A DNA stretch of 35,607 nucleotides, from assembly GCA_051439425.1 (NCBI GenBank), contig JBFRWD010000080.1:1-35607 (forward strand), in the 5' to 3' direction. Each line of letters opens with the position of its first letter. The first letter of the stretch is position 1. The position numbers and the translations under genes are program-made. The DNA comes from Synechococcus sp. (GTDB taxonomy: Bacteria; Cyanobacteriota; Cyanobacteriia; Thermostichales; PCC-7336). Under the pieces are notes generated by a model that saw only the letters and a program-made list of their open reading frames with translations, searched no databases and was not told the DNA's origin. Below, one piece after another: positions 18,031 through 28,608 of the stretch.

Positions 18031-19182
18031 TCAAGCATTGGGACGAACGAGCAAGATAGGAGTCTGTTCGTCTGCGTTTCCTGCAGGATTCTCCCGCAAC
18101 GCCCGCACAACCCGTTCGGCGTCAATGCCGGGGGTTGATGCCAGTATCTTAACTTCTTTCAAATCATTAGCATCCACAATCGCTGTCTCCATGCCGGTTT
18201 TCTCTTTCACCATCGCTACCGTTGCGGCGGGATTTGCCGGCCCCAGCACAATAAATTGGTCGTAGGGCGAGATGGTTCCGGTCACATCATCTATCAAAGC
18301 AGCTTGATATCCAGCCAACGCATAGAAGACGCCACTAATGCCCACCAACTTGGCGGCAGCCCCTACCACAAAAGCAAGCGCCACCTGCCAAGCACTGGAT
18401 GTATCGATCAAGGTTTGCATACCGTAGGCACTGCACAGACTTGTTTTTGATGGAAAGAAGAAGCACAAACGGCGAGCCAGCCACCCAGGATTAATATTGC
18501 CGGGATAACGGAAATTGTTTTCCACAATCGCCGTAGCGGTTTCCGCCAAGATCAAATAGTCACCAGACTGGCTGAAGGGCTTAACATACGTCTCCACAAT
18601 TGCGGGTTGACTGTCTTGATTGGTCAGCAGGGGAGTGCGGATGGGGAGTACGAGGGCTCCATCTCGCTGCTGCCAATCGTCTTCCGTGGTCGGTACGGGC
18701 TCGGTCAGGGGAATGACGGCATGACCGGACTTTTCGATGCGCTGCTGGCGACCGTATTGAATAAAGGCCACCTTTAGCCACGCTACTTTTAAATGGCTGA
18801 GGTCATCCCCACAGATCTCAATGGTGAACTCAATTGGCAAGCCGGTTTTAGGGCCGATTAGTGTCGCGCTCCAGTAGTTATCGGAGCGGGGAAATTCGGG
18901 GTTGGTGAAGCGGATGGTAGTGGTGATACCGCTCGGCAGTTGGGCACCTAATAGTTGGACGTTCGGGTCTATGTCAGCCAAGGTGCATTCGTAAAGGGGA
19001 TTGTGGTTGGTAGCCACCATCTTGCCAGACAATCGATAGCACTTGGGGTCGGAGCGATCGCAGCTCCAGCCCTGAGGATCGATTTCGATGGCATCTTTTT
19101 GGCGCGATCGGTAGCGCAGCTCGAACCCAATGAATAGGAGAAAGACTGCGACCAGTACTCCCACAATTATTGCTACCGCCAT
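18031..19182 (-). CDS. F420-0:gamma-glutamyl ligase (CofE)-like protein with N-terminal TM helix
   Basis: LPIRTPLL, ALIDDVTGTISPYDQFIVLGP, AIVDANDL, NPAGNADEQTP. ATG 19182 follows GAGGTG. Confidence 0.8.
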   Translation of the reverse strand: MAVAIIVGVLVAVFLLFIGFELRYRSRQKDAIEIDPQGWSCDRSDPKCYRLSGKMVATNHNPLYECTLADIDPNVQLLGAQLPSGITTTIRFTNPEFPRSDNYWSATLIGPKTGLPIEFTIEICGDDLSHLKVAWLKVAFIQYGRQQRIEKSGHAVIPLTEPVPTTEDDWQQRDGALVLPIRTPLLTNQDSQPAIVETYVKPFSQSGDYLILAETATAIVENNFRYPGNINPGWLARRLCFFFPSKTSLCSAYGMQTLIDTSSAWQVALAFVVGAAAKLVGISGVFYALAGYQAALIDDVTGTISPYDQFIVLGPANPAATVAMVKEKTGMETAIVDANDLKEVKILASTPGIDAERVVRALRENPAGNADEQTPILLVRPNA

Positions 19183-19410
19183 ACAATCACCTCTACACCG
19201 CGTTATGCGATGCAATCATAGCGGCTTGAAACACCGACATTCGGTATTTTCCAGGGGGTCTTTGAGATCGCTCTGGTTTATTATGCGGGCGTGTCTAATC
19301 CGGGTACCGAGAACCCCGTAATAACCGAATCAATCTCTAGGTAATTGCCCAGTTGTTGATACCCTGGCTGTCACCGATACATTGTCGACTAACCTCACCG
19401 GAACGCGAGT

Positions 19411-20235
19411 ATGACCTCCGACTTGAACGCGCTATTGCCTGGCGTCATCAAAATTGCCAAGCAGGCGGGCGATGCGATCATGACCATCTACACCGATGAA
19501 AACCAAGATTTTGGCATCTCGAAAAAAGACGATAACTCCCCTCTAACGAAGGCTGACTTGCTCTCCAACGATGTCATTACGGCAGGATTGCAGGAATTAA
19601 CACCCGATATCCCCATTTTGTCGGAAGAGTCGAAAAAGACCGAGTATGCGGAGCGATCGGGCTGGTCTCGTTTCTGGCTGGTGGATCCAATTGACGGCAC
19701 CAAAGAATTCATTAAGCGCAACGGCGAGTTCACCGTTAATATTGCCCTGATCGATGGCAGCAAACCGGTGATGGGAGTCGTGCATGCTCCGGCTCGCACA
19801 ACGACGTATTGGGGAGCAGAAGGATCCGGAGCCTTCAAGCAAAGTGGAGAGGCCGATGCTGAGCCCATGCACGTCAGCAAAACCCACGAAGGGCTTGAGG
19901 CCGTCACGGTGGTAGCCAGTCGTTCCCACGCTGGCCCCGAAACTGTCGCCTTCCTTGAAAAGCTGGAGTCGGCAACCGGACCGCTGAACAAAGTATCTGC
20001 CGGTAGTTCCCTCAAGCTGTGCCTGGTAGCGTCTGGAGAAGCACAACTTTATCCCCGCTTTGGTCCCACGATGGAATGGGATACCGCGGCTGCCCATGCG
20101 GTTGTCCTGCAAGCAGGTGGAGACGTCTGCAACATGGACGGAGAGCCACTGCAATACAACAAAGAGAACCTGCTCAATCCATTCTTCGTGGTCAGCGATG
20201 CCTCTGGTTTGAATTGGAAAGACTATGTAGGTTAA
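19411..20235 (+). CDS. cysQ: 3'(2'),5'-bisphosphate nucleotidase CysQ
   Basis: SPLTKAD, ILSEE, WLVDPIDGTKEF…GEFTVNIALI, SRSH, GSSLK.C.VA.G, YPR.GPT.EWDTAA. Confidence 0.95.
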   Translation: MTSDLNALLPGVIKIAKQAGDAIMTIYTDENQDFGISKKDDNSPLTKADLLSNDVITAGLQELTPDIPILSEESKKTEYAERSGWSRFWLVDPIDGTKEFIKRNGEFTVNIALIDGSKPVMGVVHAPARTTTYWGAEGSGAFKQSGEADAEPMHVSKTHEGLEAVTVVASRSHAGPETVAFLEKLESATGPLNKVSAGSSLKLCLVASGEAQLYPRFGPTMEWDTAAAHAVVLQAGGDVCNMDGEPLQYNKENLLNPFFVVSDASGLNWKDYVG

Positions 20236-20287
20236 GGCTCGCGGGCTGACCGAGGCCCCATTGACTCATCAATTAAATACCGCTTAA

Positions 20288-20328
20288 CCCCCTGCTCCGC
20301 GACTATTGCGAGGCAGGGGGCTGTTTTT
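20288..20328 (+). terminator. Intrinsic terminator between convergent cysQ and the LapA-like gene
   Basis: CCCCCTGC…GCAGGGGG stem followed by CTGTTTTT. Confidence 0.6.
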
Positions 20329-20351
20329 CAGCCAACCACTCTGACCAGCAG

Positions 20352-20588
20352 TTAACGAAATGCTTTAAAGGCAGATTGCACGGGACGGCGACGCTTGGAG
20401 AAAATGCTGACGAAAATCATCGAACTCCAAACCCCCAAAACAACAGCAGCAATCAGCACCAGCCCGAGGGGCAGCTCGACAGAGTTCAACCGAAAGAGCC
20501 TGAGGGAAACAGTCGCTGTGTTTTGCCCCGCAAAAATCGCAGCCATCAGCAAGGTCAGACATCCAACCAGCATTTGCAGAAAGCGCAT
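20352..20588 (-). CDS. Small two-TM LapA/DUF1049-like membrane protein
   Basis: MRFLQMLVG…AIFAGQNTATVSLRLF…ELPLGLVLI pattern; start placed at ATG 20588. Confidence 0.7.
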   Translation of the reverse strand: MRFLQMLVGCLTLLMAAIFAGQNTATVSLRLFRLNSVELPLGLVLIAAVVLGVWSSMIFVSIFSKRRRPVQSAFKAFR

Positions 20589-20998
20589 AAGCAATAAATC
20601 TCCGGAGCGATCGGAAGGGGGAGGATGGTTGTGACCAGTGAAAGCGTTAACGCCTTGCTGCAACGTAACATCCTGAATCAAACTGGTACGAATATCTGTC
20701 TGTTGAGTGAACCGACTAGAACTACGGTAGCTCGACTGTTGCCGATTTGCTGGCGCAGTTCAAGTTAGTGTAACGCTATTGGCTACTCATCAAATCCTCA
20801 AATCCTTATCAACTAAGCTTTTGTGATGTTCGACCCCTGCTGAGAGTGTTACCTTAACGCCCAGGAGTTTGAACCAGGCCCCCAAACCTACGCCAACACA
20901 ACTGATTTGCACGAGAAACTCGGCTTGAGTGTTACCCTGCGTTGAACCTCGCCCGATCGTGCGATTGTGTCCATCCCTAGCAGGCTGGACATGAGATA

Positions 20999-21814
20999 TT
21001 GTGGGCACAGCAAAACTGGCTGGTGGCTGGGTTGAGGAGGTTTGTTGCTGTGCGTAAGCGCCGCGATTATTCATTGGCAGTGTTCACGGGGCTCATCCTG
21101 CTCATCCTTGTGATGATTGTTGGGAGCGTTGCGTTTCTGTTCGGGTTTGAATTCGGTGAAAAAGCTCTGAGAGGGGTAACGCCGCTTGAGACGAACGAAG
21201 AAGGGCGGAGTCGTAATGGCAACGGACGGGGATCGGTGTCTCTGATTGATGAGGAGGAGTTGCGGGAAGAAACAGCTTCTCTGTTAGAGATACCGGATCG
21301 ATATTTGATTAGCGAGAATCCGAGGCTGAAAGATATTTCGTCGGTTCCCACTCCACGCCCCACTCCCACTCCCGATGCAACTCCAACCCCCGATGCAGAC
21401 GAGAGTTCGAATTCAGGGGACAGCGAACCAACACCTGCCCCGATCGCTACGCCAGCCCCTCCGTCGGCGGCAGGCAACCCTGCTCCGTTACCGGCAGGAA
21501 GTGTAGTGATGAATGTGTTGTCGGTGCAGCGTCAGGGGGGGGCGGTGGTGCTGAATGTGACGATGCAGAACAACAGCAACCGCACGGTGCGATTTTTGTA
21601 CAGCTTTATGGATGTGCGGGATAACAACGGACGAGCGCTGAGTGCCAGCACATCGGGGTTGCCGGGTGAGTTGCCGCCAGGGAGTCCGGTATATAGCGGG
21701 GTAGTACGGATTCCCGAGATTTTTGTGCAAGGGGCCAGCAGTGTGTCGCTGAGTCTGCCGGATTATCCCAGCCAGAGTATGTGGTTGCAGGTAGGTGGCG
21801 TGCCGTTGCCGTAG
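20999..21814 (+). CDS. Conserved cyanobacterial membrane-anchored hypothetical protein (start uncertain)
   Basis: TM helix, FG.KAL.GV, PT-rich linker, and C-terminal beta domain VRFLYSF.DV.D..GR.LSA.T.GLP.ELP…L.DYP. Confidence 0.75.
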   Translation: MWAQQNWLVAGLRRFVAVRKRRDYSLAVFTGLILLILVMIVGSVAFLFGFEFGEKALRGVTPLETNEEGRSRNGNGRGSVSLIDEEELREETASLLEIPDRYLISENPRLKDISSVPTPRPTPTPDATPTPDADESSNSGDSEPTPAPIATPAPPSAAGNPAPLPAGSVVMNVLSVQRQGGAVVLNVTMQNNSNRTVRFLYSFMDVRDNNGRALSASTSGLPGELPPGSPVYSGVVRIPEIFVQGASSVSLSLPDYPSQSMWLQVGGVPLP

Positions 21815-21889
21815 TAGGGGATCTTTATAGGGATTCGGGCCATTTGACCAGTATTAGAAATAAGGCTGGCTATTGAATTTGAGTGAAAA

Positions 21890-22234
21890 CTACTCAACGA
21901 TGTTCCAATTGGACGCGTTTGGACCGTCTTCGTTAAATCTGAGGTTGATGGAAAATTCGCGATCGCATCCTTGAACCACCCATAATTCTCTCCACGATCT
22001 AGAGCCTTCCTCGCCAGCGGGGAGTTGGGTGACGTAGGGCGAGACTTGTTCGGGGGTATCGCATCCTAATGTCGAAGTTTTGGCAGACACGCCAACCAAG
22101 GCGTCTTGAATTAGGGTCTGATTGGCTAAAGATCCGGCCTGAATGGCTCCTTCGGGCATTGGTTCTTGTGCTAGGGATGGAGAGGTGAAGGCAATCGGCA
22201 GCAAGAAAAGTAGGGCCTTAAATACAATCTGCAT
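21890..22234 (-). CDS. Hypothetical secreted protein
   Basis: Signal-peptide-like N-terminus (…AFTSPSLA|QE), two Cys, and WRELWVVQGC. Confidence 0.7.
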   Translation of the reverse strand: MQIVFKALLFLLPIAFTSPSLAQEPMPEGAIQAGSLANQTLIQDALVGVSAKTSTLGCDTPEQVSPYVTQLPAGEEGSRSWRELWVVQGCDREFSINLRFNEDGPNASNWNIVE

Positions 22235-22653
22235 TAGATGCCTCGGCGCTTTCTGTGAAGCCTAGCAGGAATTCTTTCTCGTGGTTATTGGCTCGGGCAA
22301 CTTACAGTGCTTGATGCACGCAGATACTGTAGCTGTTAGCAATCCGCAAAGCAGATTGCGGCCTGTTTCTTGCCTTGTAGGGGCTGAAGCCAAGTAATCC
22401 CTCAGAACCTTAGTATTTCAGTAGCCAATAGATCCGGGCTATGGTGCCGGGGTAGCTGCCGTTTGGGCGGAGATGGTGGCGCGGTTGTCGGCGCAGTGAT
22501 TGGGTGAATGAAGCACTTACAAGTTCAACAGTCACACCACAATCCACATTCCTGAAGCGGAAACTTGCATCCCACTGAAAAAGAATGAAGTTGGGTTAAA
22601 ACTAAGCATAAAGATACAAGCGCGCGTATCTGATTTGCTGGGGTTGGCAAGCT

Positions 22654-24723
22654 GTGAGCAATCTTTTAACAAAGATTTGGCTGAAGGTACCGACAGGAAT
22701 ACGGGAGACTCTAATTGCAGAAATAATCCTGCTGGTCTTGTTCAGTGGGATCGCTTCGGCGTTGTTGAAGTGGGCGGGAGCCAATCCCTTACAGTTCGCC
22801 GCTTTTCTCTGCTTAGGGCTTTTGTGGATTAGTTGTGCATACCTTGCCTTCGGAAAGCGACCCGTCAAGGTTTTCCAGAGTGGCATGACTGTAAGGAAAC
22901 CATTTGGCAAACGGATTAAACAATCGGCATTTGCAGTATTTGTGGCCAGCTTGATAATCGCTCCTCTTACCTGGCACGGATATAAAGTCGCGACAGCCCC
23001 ACCAGTAGACGATCGCGTTTTGGTATTAGTGGCGGAGTTTCAGGATACGCAGAATGCGGACTCTTTGGGGGTGACTCGGCAGATTTTACAGGAGCTGGAG
23101 GAGGTGGCGGATGACTATGGGGATGAGTTAGTTGTTAAGCCGTTTTCCACTGCTACTGACGAGGTTGTGCGAGATAACGATTGGTTTAGGGAGCAGGGGG
23201 AGGAATTGGGAGCGGAGATTGTGATGTGGGGGGATTATGTCACGGTTGGGGAGCAGACGAAGCTAGCAGTGAATTTTGAAGTGTTGTCAGTTTCCAACAG
23301 GTTAGCGCTAAGCGAGTCGCGACAGTCGATGGAATTTGCCACTCTGGAAAGTTTTGACATCATGGCTGTTTTGTCGAATCAGACGAATTATTTGACGTTG
23401 TTGACATTGGGGTTGGCGCAATATGAAGCGGGAGATTATTACGGGGCAATTGCTCGCTTGACTGAGGCGGCAAATGAGGCGGAAGAGTCGGTTGAGATTT
23501 TGGAGGGAACTACAGCACAGGGGATCGAGCAAGTTGTTGGATTTGAGGTGGTGTATTTTTTTCTGGGAAAGACCTATTTTGAAACGATTAAATACGAAGA
23601 GGCAATCTCTGCTTACCGAAGGGCGATTGAGTACCAACCTGAATATCCCGAAGCTTTAAATAACCTGGGGTTAACGTTGATTGAATGCGGAAAATATTTA
23701 GATGCGCAAGAGGTTTTGGAAGATGCTCGCAAGACCAACATTCGTTTATTGGGGGACAAGCATCCTGATGTCGCAATCAGCTTGAACAATTTGGCATCAC
23801 TCTATCGTGTGCAGGGTCGCTACGAGGAAGCCGAATCCCTATACATCCAAGCACTGGAGTTGATGCGAGAGCTGTTGGGGGACAAGCATCCCGATGTCGC
23901 TAGCAGCTTGAACAATTTGGCATTACTCTATCGTGCGCAAGGTCGCTACGAGGAAGCCGAACCCCTTTACATCCAAGCATTAGACATGCGCAAAGAGCTG
24001 TTGGGGGCTCAACATCCCGATGTCGCTAGCAGTTTGAACAATTTGGCATTACTCTATGAATCGCAGGGTCGCTACGAGAAAGCCGAATCCCTATACATCC
24101 AAGCGTTAGAGATGTTCCAACAGCTGTTGGGGGCTAAACATCCTTCCGTTGCTCTCAGCTTGAACAATTTGGCAGGACTCTATTAATCGCAGGGTCGCTA
24201 CGAGGAAGCCAAGCCCCTTTACATCCAAGCATTAGACATGCGCAAAGAGCTGTTGGGGGCTCAACATCCCTTTGTTGCAAACAGTTTGAATAATTTGGCT
24301 GGTCTTTATCTTGAGCAGGGTCACTATAAGGAAGCCGAACCCCTCTTCATCCAAGCTTTGGAGATGTTCCAAGAGCTGTTGGGGGACCAACATCCAGATG
24401 TTGCTACCAACTTGAATAATTTGGCTGGACTCTATCTTGAGCAGAGTCGTTACGAGGAAGCCGAACCCCTCTTCATCCAAGCGTTTGAATTGAGGCAACA
24501 GCTATTGGGGGGCCAACATCCCAACACGATCGCCACCCAAAACAACCTCGACTACCTAAGATTCGAAATGCTAATTCACCAGCTCATTTCAAATCCAGAA
24601 TTTCAGCCAGTTTTAGAAGCCTGGAATGCCCCCACAGAAACCAAAGCCTTCATGGAGCAACTCATCTCCGATCCTCAACTGCAGCAAAATGTCAAAGATT
24701 ACTTCCAAAACTTGCAGCAATAA
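22654..24723 (+). pseudogene. Membrane-anchored TPR protein (42-aa kinesin-light-chain-type repeats) interrupted by an in-frame TAA at 24184-24186
   Basis: Track ORFs 22654-24186 and 24238-24723 share one frame. The TAA aligns with GAA (24058) in the preceding repeat. About three N-terminal TM helices. Confidence 0.85.
23761..24545 (+). repeat. 126-bp tandem repeat array (6 full units plus a partial unit) encoding the TPRs
   Basis: Units begin CATCC at 23761, 23887, 24013, 24139, 24265, 24391 and 24517. Confidence 0.95.
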
Positions 24724-24726
24724 CCA

Positions 24727-25683
24727 TCAATTCCCCATATCAACATCCTCAACCAACCAAGGCATCCTCAACACCCCCTCAACATGCTCCTTCACCCCCG
24801 CACAAATCCCATCCAACGGTAAATCATTCGGATCGCGCCCAAACGGATTCTCAATCTCCAACCCAATCTCCTCAATCCCAAACACCGTAAACGCCACCAA
24901 CCCCACCACGATCGCCGTCCACATCCCAAACTCATCCACAAACACAAACGGAATCGTCAAACAATAAATAAACAACAACTGCCGCAAATGAATCGAATAA
25001 GCCATCGGCACCGGCGTCTTCAAAATCCGCTCGCAAATCCCCAACACATCCACCAGGGTGTCCAGCAGTTTATGCAAATCCGATAGCTGATACACCGACA
25101 CCCGTCCCTTCCCAAAAGACTTCTGGAAATAGCTACCCAACTCGAAAGCAATCTCCAACGGCACATGCGGCGACTTCTCTAGCCGCATCGCCAACTGCGG
25201 CGACACCAACGGCAACAGCGCCGGATCGATCGCCTCCCCTCGCAAATGCTGTTTCAGCCCGTAGCTATACGCCGCCACCAACCGCAACGCCTCCCGCTTC
25301 TCCCGCCGAATATGTTCTAGTGCTTCAGGCTCTGAACTCTGAGCATCGCTTGCCGCATCCGGCCCAGAATCCGAAATAGCCACCACCATCAACCGCACCA
25401 AATTCCGCGACGTATTAATCAACGTTCCCCACGCCTTGCGCCCCTCCCAAAACCGCTCGTACGCCGTATTCGTCCGAAAGACTAATAGAAGTCCCAACAC
25501 CAACGTCGGCACAATACTGCCCTCCACCGGCCAAGACATCTGCAGCCCATTTAACTGCGCCAACGACACGGCAAAGGCAAAGGCACTACAAACAGCAACC
25601 TTGGGCCAGATCGACAAAATCACCGACCCCTGCAAATGGGAAAACACACCCACCCAAGTAGTCCGGGGCAAAGGCATATGCAA
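24727..25683 (-). CDS. Bestrophin family (YneE-like) channel
   Basis: LGLLLVFRTNTAYERFWEGRKAWG, CERILKTP.P..Y, IEEIG.EIENPFG.D.NDLPLD.IC. Confidence 0.93.
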   Translation of the reverse strand: MHMPLPRTTWVGVFSHLQGSVILSIWPKVAVCSAFAFAVSLAQLNGLQMSWPVEGSIVPTLVLGLLLVFRTNTAYERFWEGRKAWGTLINTSRNLVRLMVVAISDSGPDAASDAQSSEPEALEHIRREKREALRLVAAYSYGLKQHLRGEAIDPALLPLVSPQLAMRLEKSPHVPLEIAFELGSYFQKSFGKGRVSVYQLSDLHKLLDTLVDVLGICERILKTPVPMAYSIHLRQLLFIYCLTIPFVFVDEFGMWTAIVVGLVAFTVFGIEEIGLEIENPFGRDPNDLPLDGICAGVKEHVEGVLRMPWLVEDVDMGN

Positions 25684-25798
25684 ACCGGTTGCGACACATC
25701 ACAACACAGCATATTGAGCGAATGGCGCTGGAGCACGTTTTCACTCTGTACTACTGGCTAAATCGGCCATAATAAACTGACTAGAATTCCGCCGGTTC

Positions 25799-27145
25799 AT
25801 GACTATTACCACCGACATTTCCATCCGCCCCGACACCTTCCGCACCCGTCGCCAGAAACTCGCCGACAAAATTGGCAACGGCACCGCGATCGTGCGCAGC
25901 GGTTCCCTCGCCGTCATGAACAACGACGTCGAATACCCCTTCCGCCAAAACAGCGATTTCTATTACCTCACCGGCTTCAACGAACCTGACGCCGTCGCCG
26001 TCATCGCCCCCCATCACCCCGAACATCAATTCGTCCTATTTGTTCGCCCCCGCATCCGCGAACAGGAAATCTGGACCGGCTACCGCACCGGCATCGAAGG
26101 AGCCAAAGAGCGCTACGGAGCCGACGAAGCCTTCCCCATCTCCGAACTAGCCGAGAAGCTACCCGAATACCTCAAAGACGCCGATCGCATCTACTACCGC
26201 CCCGGCCACGACGATACATTTAACCAACAAGTCTTCAAATTCTGGCAAACCCAACTGCGCCAGTACCCCCGCCGCGGCCGCGCCCCCGTCGCCCTCACCG
26301 ACCTCTCCCCCATCCTGCACAGCCTGCGCAACATCAAAACCGCTGACGAACTGGACATGATGCGCAAAGCCGCCGCGATCGCCGCCGAAGCCCACAACCT
26401 AGCCCGCGAAGCAGCCCAACCCGGCAAATACGAATACGAAATCGAAGCGCTGATCGAAGGATACTTCCGCCAGCAAGGTTGTCTCGGCCCCGCCTATCCC
26501 TCCATCGTTGCCTCCGGTGCCAACGCCTGCGTGCTGCACTACATCGAAAACACCCAGCAAATGCAGGACAACGACCTGCTGCTGATCGACGCCGGTTGTT
26601 GTTATGGCTACTACAACAGCGACATCACCCGCACCTTCCCCATCAACGGCAAATTCACCAGCGCCCAAAAAGACGTCTACGAACTGGTGCTGAAGGCCCA
26701 AGAAGCAGCGATCGCCCAAGTCAAGCCCGGCAACACCTACAACCAGCCCCACGACATCGCCGTCCGCACCATCACCGAAGGCTTGGTCGATCTCGGCCTG
26801 CTAGTTCCCGAAGACGGTGAAGACATCGATAAGCTAATCGAAGATGAGAAGTACAAAGCCTTCTACATGCACCGTACCGGCCACTGGCTGGGCATCGACG
26901 TCCACGACGTCGGAGCCTACAAAACAGCGAACGACGAATGGCTCACCTTCCAACCCGGCATGGTGCTGACCGTCGAACCCGGCATCTATATCTCTCCCGA
27001 TCGCGATGTAGAAGAACTGAAGCACGTAGGGGAGGAATGGCGCGGCATTGGCGTCCGCATTGAAGATGACGTCCTAGTCACCAACAACGGCTGCGAAATA
27101 CTCACCTCTGCTACCCCCAAAGCAGTCGCCGATCTGGAATCTTAG
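25799..27145 (+). CDS. pepP: Xaa-Pro aminopeptidase P
   Basis: FRQNSDFYYLTGF.EP, LHY, LIDAG, SDITRT.P, H..GHWLG.DVHD, TVEPG.Y, G.RIEDD. Confidence 0.95.
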   Translation: MTITTDISIRPDTFRTRRQKLADKIGNGTAIVRSGSLAVMNNDVEYPFRQNSDFYYLTGFNEPDAVAVIAPHHPEHQFVLFVRPRIREQEIWTGYRTGIEGAKERYGADEAFPISELAEKLPEYLKDADRIYYRPGHDDTFNQQVFKFWQTQLRQYPRRGRAPVALTDLSPILHSLRNIKTADELDMMRKAAAIAAEAHNLAREAAQPGKYEYEIEALIEGYFRQQGCLGPAYPSIVASGANACVLHYIENTQQMQDNDLLLIDAGCCYGYYNSDITRTFPINGKFTSAQKDVYELVLKAQEAAIAQVKPGNTYNQPHDIAVRTITEGLVDLGLLVPEDGEDIDKLIEDEKYKAFYMHRTGHWLGIDVHDVGAYKTANDEWLTFQPGMVLTVEPGIYISPDRDVEELKHVGEEWRGIGVRIEDDVLVTNNGCEILTSATPKAVADLES

Positions 27146-27293
27146 TGTTTTTCAGGCTTGCTCTTGGGAATACCGTCGAGCAGTAAATGTATTGCAGCCA
27201 GCCTGGATGGAGATGCCATCTTGCATTTCTTGGTAACAGAACACTACCCCCACAGTTCGAGAATCCAAATTTCCACACAATCTCTGGCGGGGA

Positions 27294-28604
27294 ATGGCCC
27301 AAAACGGCATAGACTGGTATGCCGACGATCTAGAGGTTGGATTGACCGTTTCCACCCCCACCATTCCCCTGCCATTTCCACTGGAACTCCTGCCCCAACC
27401 CGCCTACTTGGTTGGGGGAGCCGTACGGGATTGGTTGCTTGGTCGCACGGTGGGGCCAATCCTTGACATTGACTTGGTGGTGGAACGGGACGCGATCGCC
27501 TACGCCTCCAGGCTGGCCAAACAATTGGATGGCGGCTTTGTGGTGCTGGATGACGTCCGTCACATTTCCCGCATCGTGTTGGATAACGCCACCATCGACA
27601 TTGCCCAACAAGCAGGCACCACAGTCGAAGACGATTTAGCCCTGCGGGACTTCACCTGTAACGCCATCGCCCTAGAACTGCACACCGATCGCTGGATCGA
27701 CCCTCTCAACGGTCGCCAAGACGTGCGCGATCGCCGGTTGCGTATGGTGCATCCCGATAACCTCACCGCCGATCCCCTGCGCCTGTTGCGGGGCTATCGC
27801 CAAGCCGCTCAATTAGGATTCACCCTGACCGAAGACACCCGCCAAGCTACCGCCCAACGCCATCACCTGCTCAAAACCGTGGCAGCAGAGCGTGTGCGCA
27901 CCGAACTGCACTATCTGTTGGAGTTGGGAGATAACGGCCTCAATTGGCTAAAAGCGGCTTGGGAAGATCGGCAACTAACTGACTGGCTACCGGAGTTAGA
28001 TCCCAGCTCGTTCCAGGCTGCCGCTCAGCTACCCAATGCCCTCACATTCCTGCAGGAACACCACCCCGATAGTTACGACCAACTCAAGCAGCCCATTTGC
28101 GATCGCCGCAGCGGCATCGCCACGATCTTCTTCGCGGTTCTGTTTTTGCATATCCCCAGCGATCGGCTCAACACCATCATGCAACGGCTCAAATACAGCC
28201 GTATCGAGCAACAATGGGGCGATCGGATTGCCACTCTTGTCCCCCAGTTGATCGGCGATCTCTCGGCAAAATCTAGTTGCCAGAAAACCAGCCGCAGCGA
28301 ACGACTACAACTCTTCGAATCCGCTGGCAAAGCTTTTCCGGCTGTTGCCCTCGCCGCTCTCGCCGCAGGAGCTGCAACGAACAAAGTCGCACCCCTACTC
28401 TCGCGCTACGAGAATCCCCAGGATCCACTCGCCCACCAAATTCCACTCATTGACGGTCGCCACCTCATCCAATCCCTCAAACTCAAATCTAGTCCCACCA
28501 TTGGATTGCTGCTGAAGCAGCTGAGGCTAGCACAAGCGGATTGCTTGATTTCTACTCGGGAAGAAGCGGTTGAGTATGCGCGGGAGTGGCTGAAGCAGCA
28601 ATGA
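27294..28604 (+). CDS. Class II tRNA nucleotidyltransferase, probably CC-adding type (start may be TTG 27342)
   Basis: YLVGGAVRD, DIDLVV, DL.LRDFT.NA, IDP.NG..D, DPLR.LR.YR, AAERV..EL. Very short loop before motif B; no DHH/CBS domains. Confidence 0.85.
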   Translation: MAQNGIDWYADDLEVGLTVSTPTIPLPFPLELLPQPAYLVGGAVRDWLLGRTVGPILDIDLVVERDAIAYASRLAKQLDGGFVVLDDVRHISRIVLDNATIDIAQQAGTTVEDDLALRDFTCNAIALELHTDRWIDPLNGRQDVRDRRLRMVHPDNLTADPLRLLRGYRQAAQLGFTLTEDTRQATAQRHHLLKTVAAERVRTELHYLLELGDNGLNWLKAAWEDRQLTDWLPELDPSSFQAAAQLPNALTFLQEHHPDSYDQLKQPICDRRSGIATIFFAVLFLHIPSDRLNTIMQRLKYSRIEQQWGDRIATLVPQLIGDLSAKSSCQKTSRSERLQLFESAGKAFPAVALAALAAGAATNKVAPLLSRYENPQDPLAHQIPLIDGRHLIQSLKLKSSPTIGLLLKQLRLAQADCLISTREEAVEYAREWLKQQ

Positions 28605-28608
28605 GCCC

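Noticed and set aside
17978..18036. Short repeats GGTCAAGCTCAAG x2 and GTGACT…AGTCAC at the end of the CofE-like gene
   Set aside because: Small local duplication or weak hairpin with no evidence of function.
22425..22500. Possible gene-end remnant (IDPGYGAGVAAVWAEMVARLSAQ*)
   Set aside because: Too short to assign and matches no gene end in this window.
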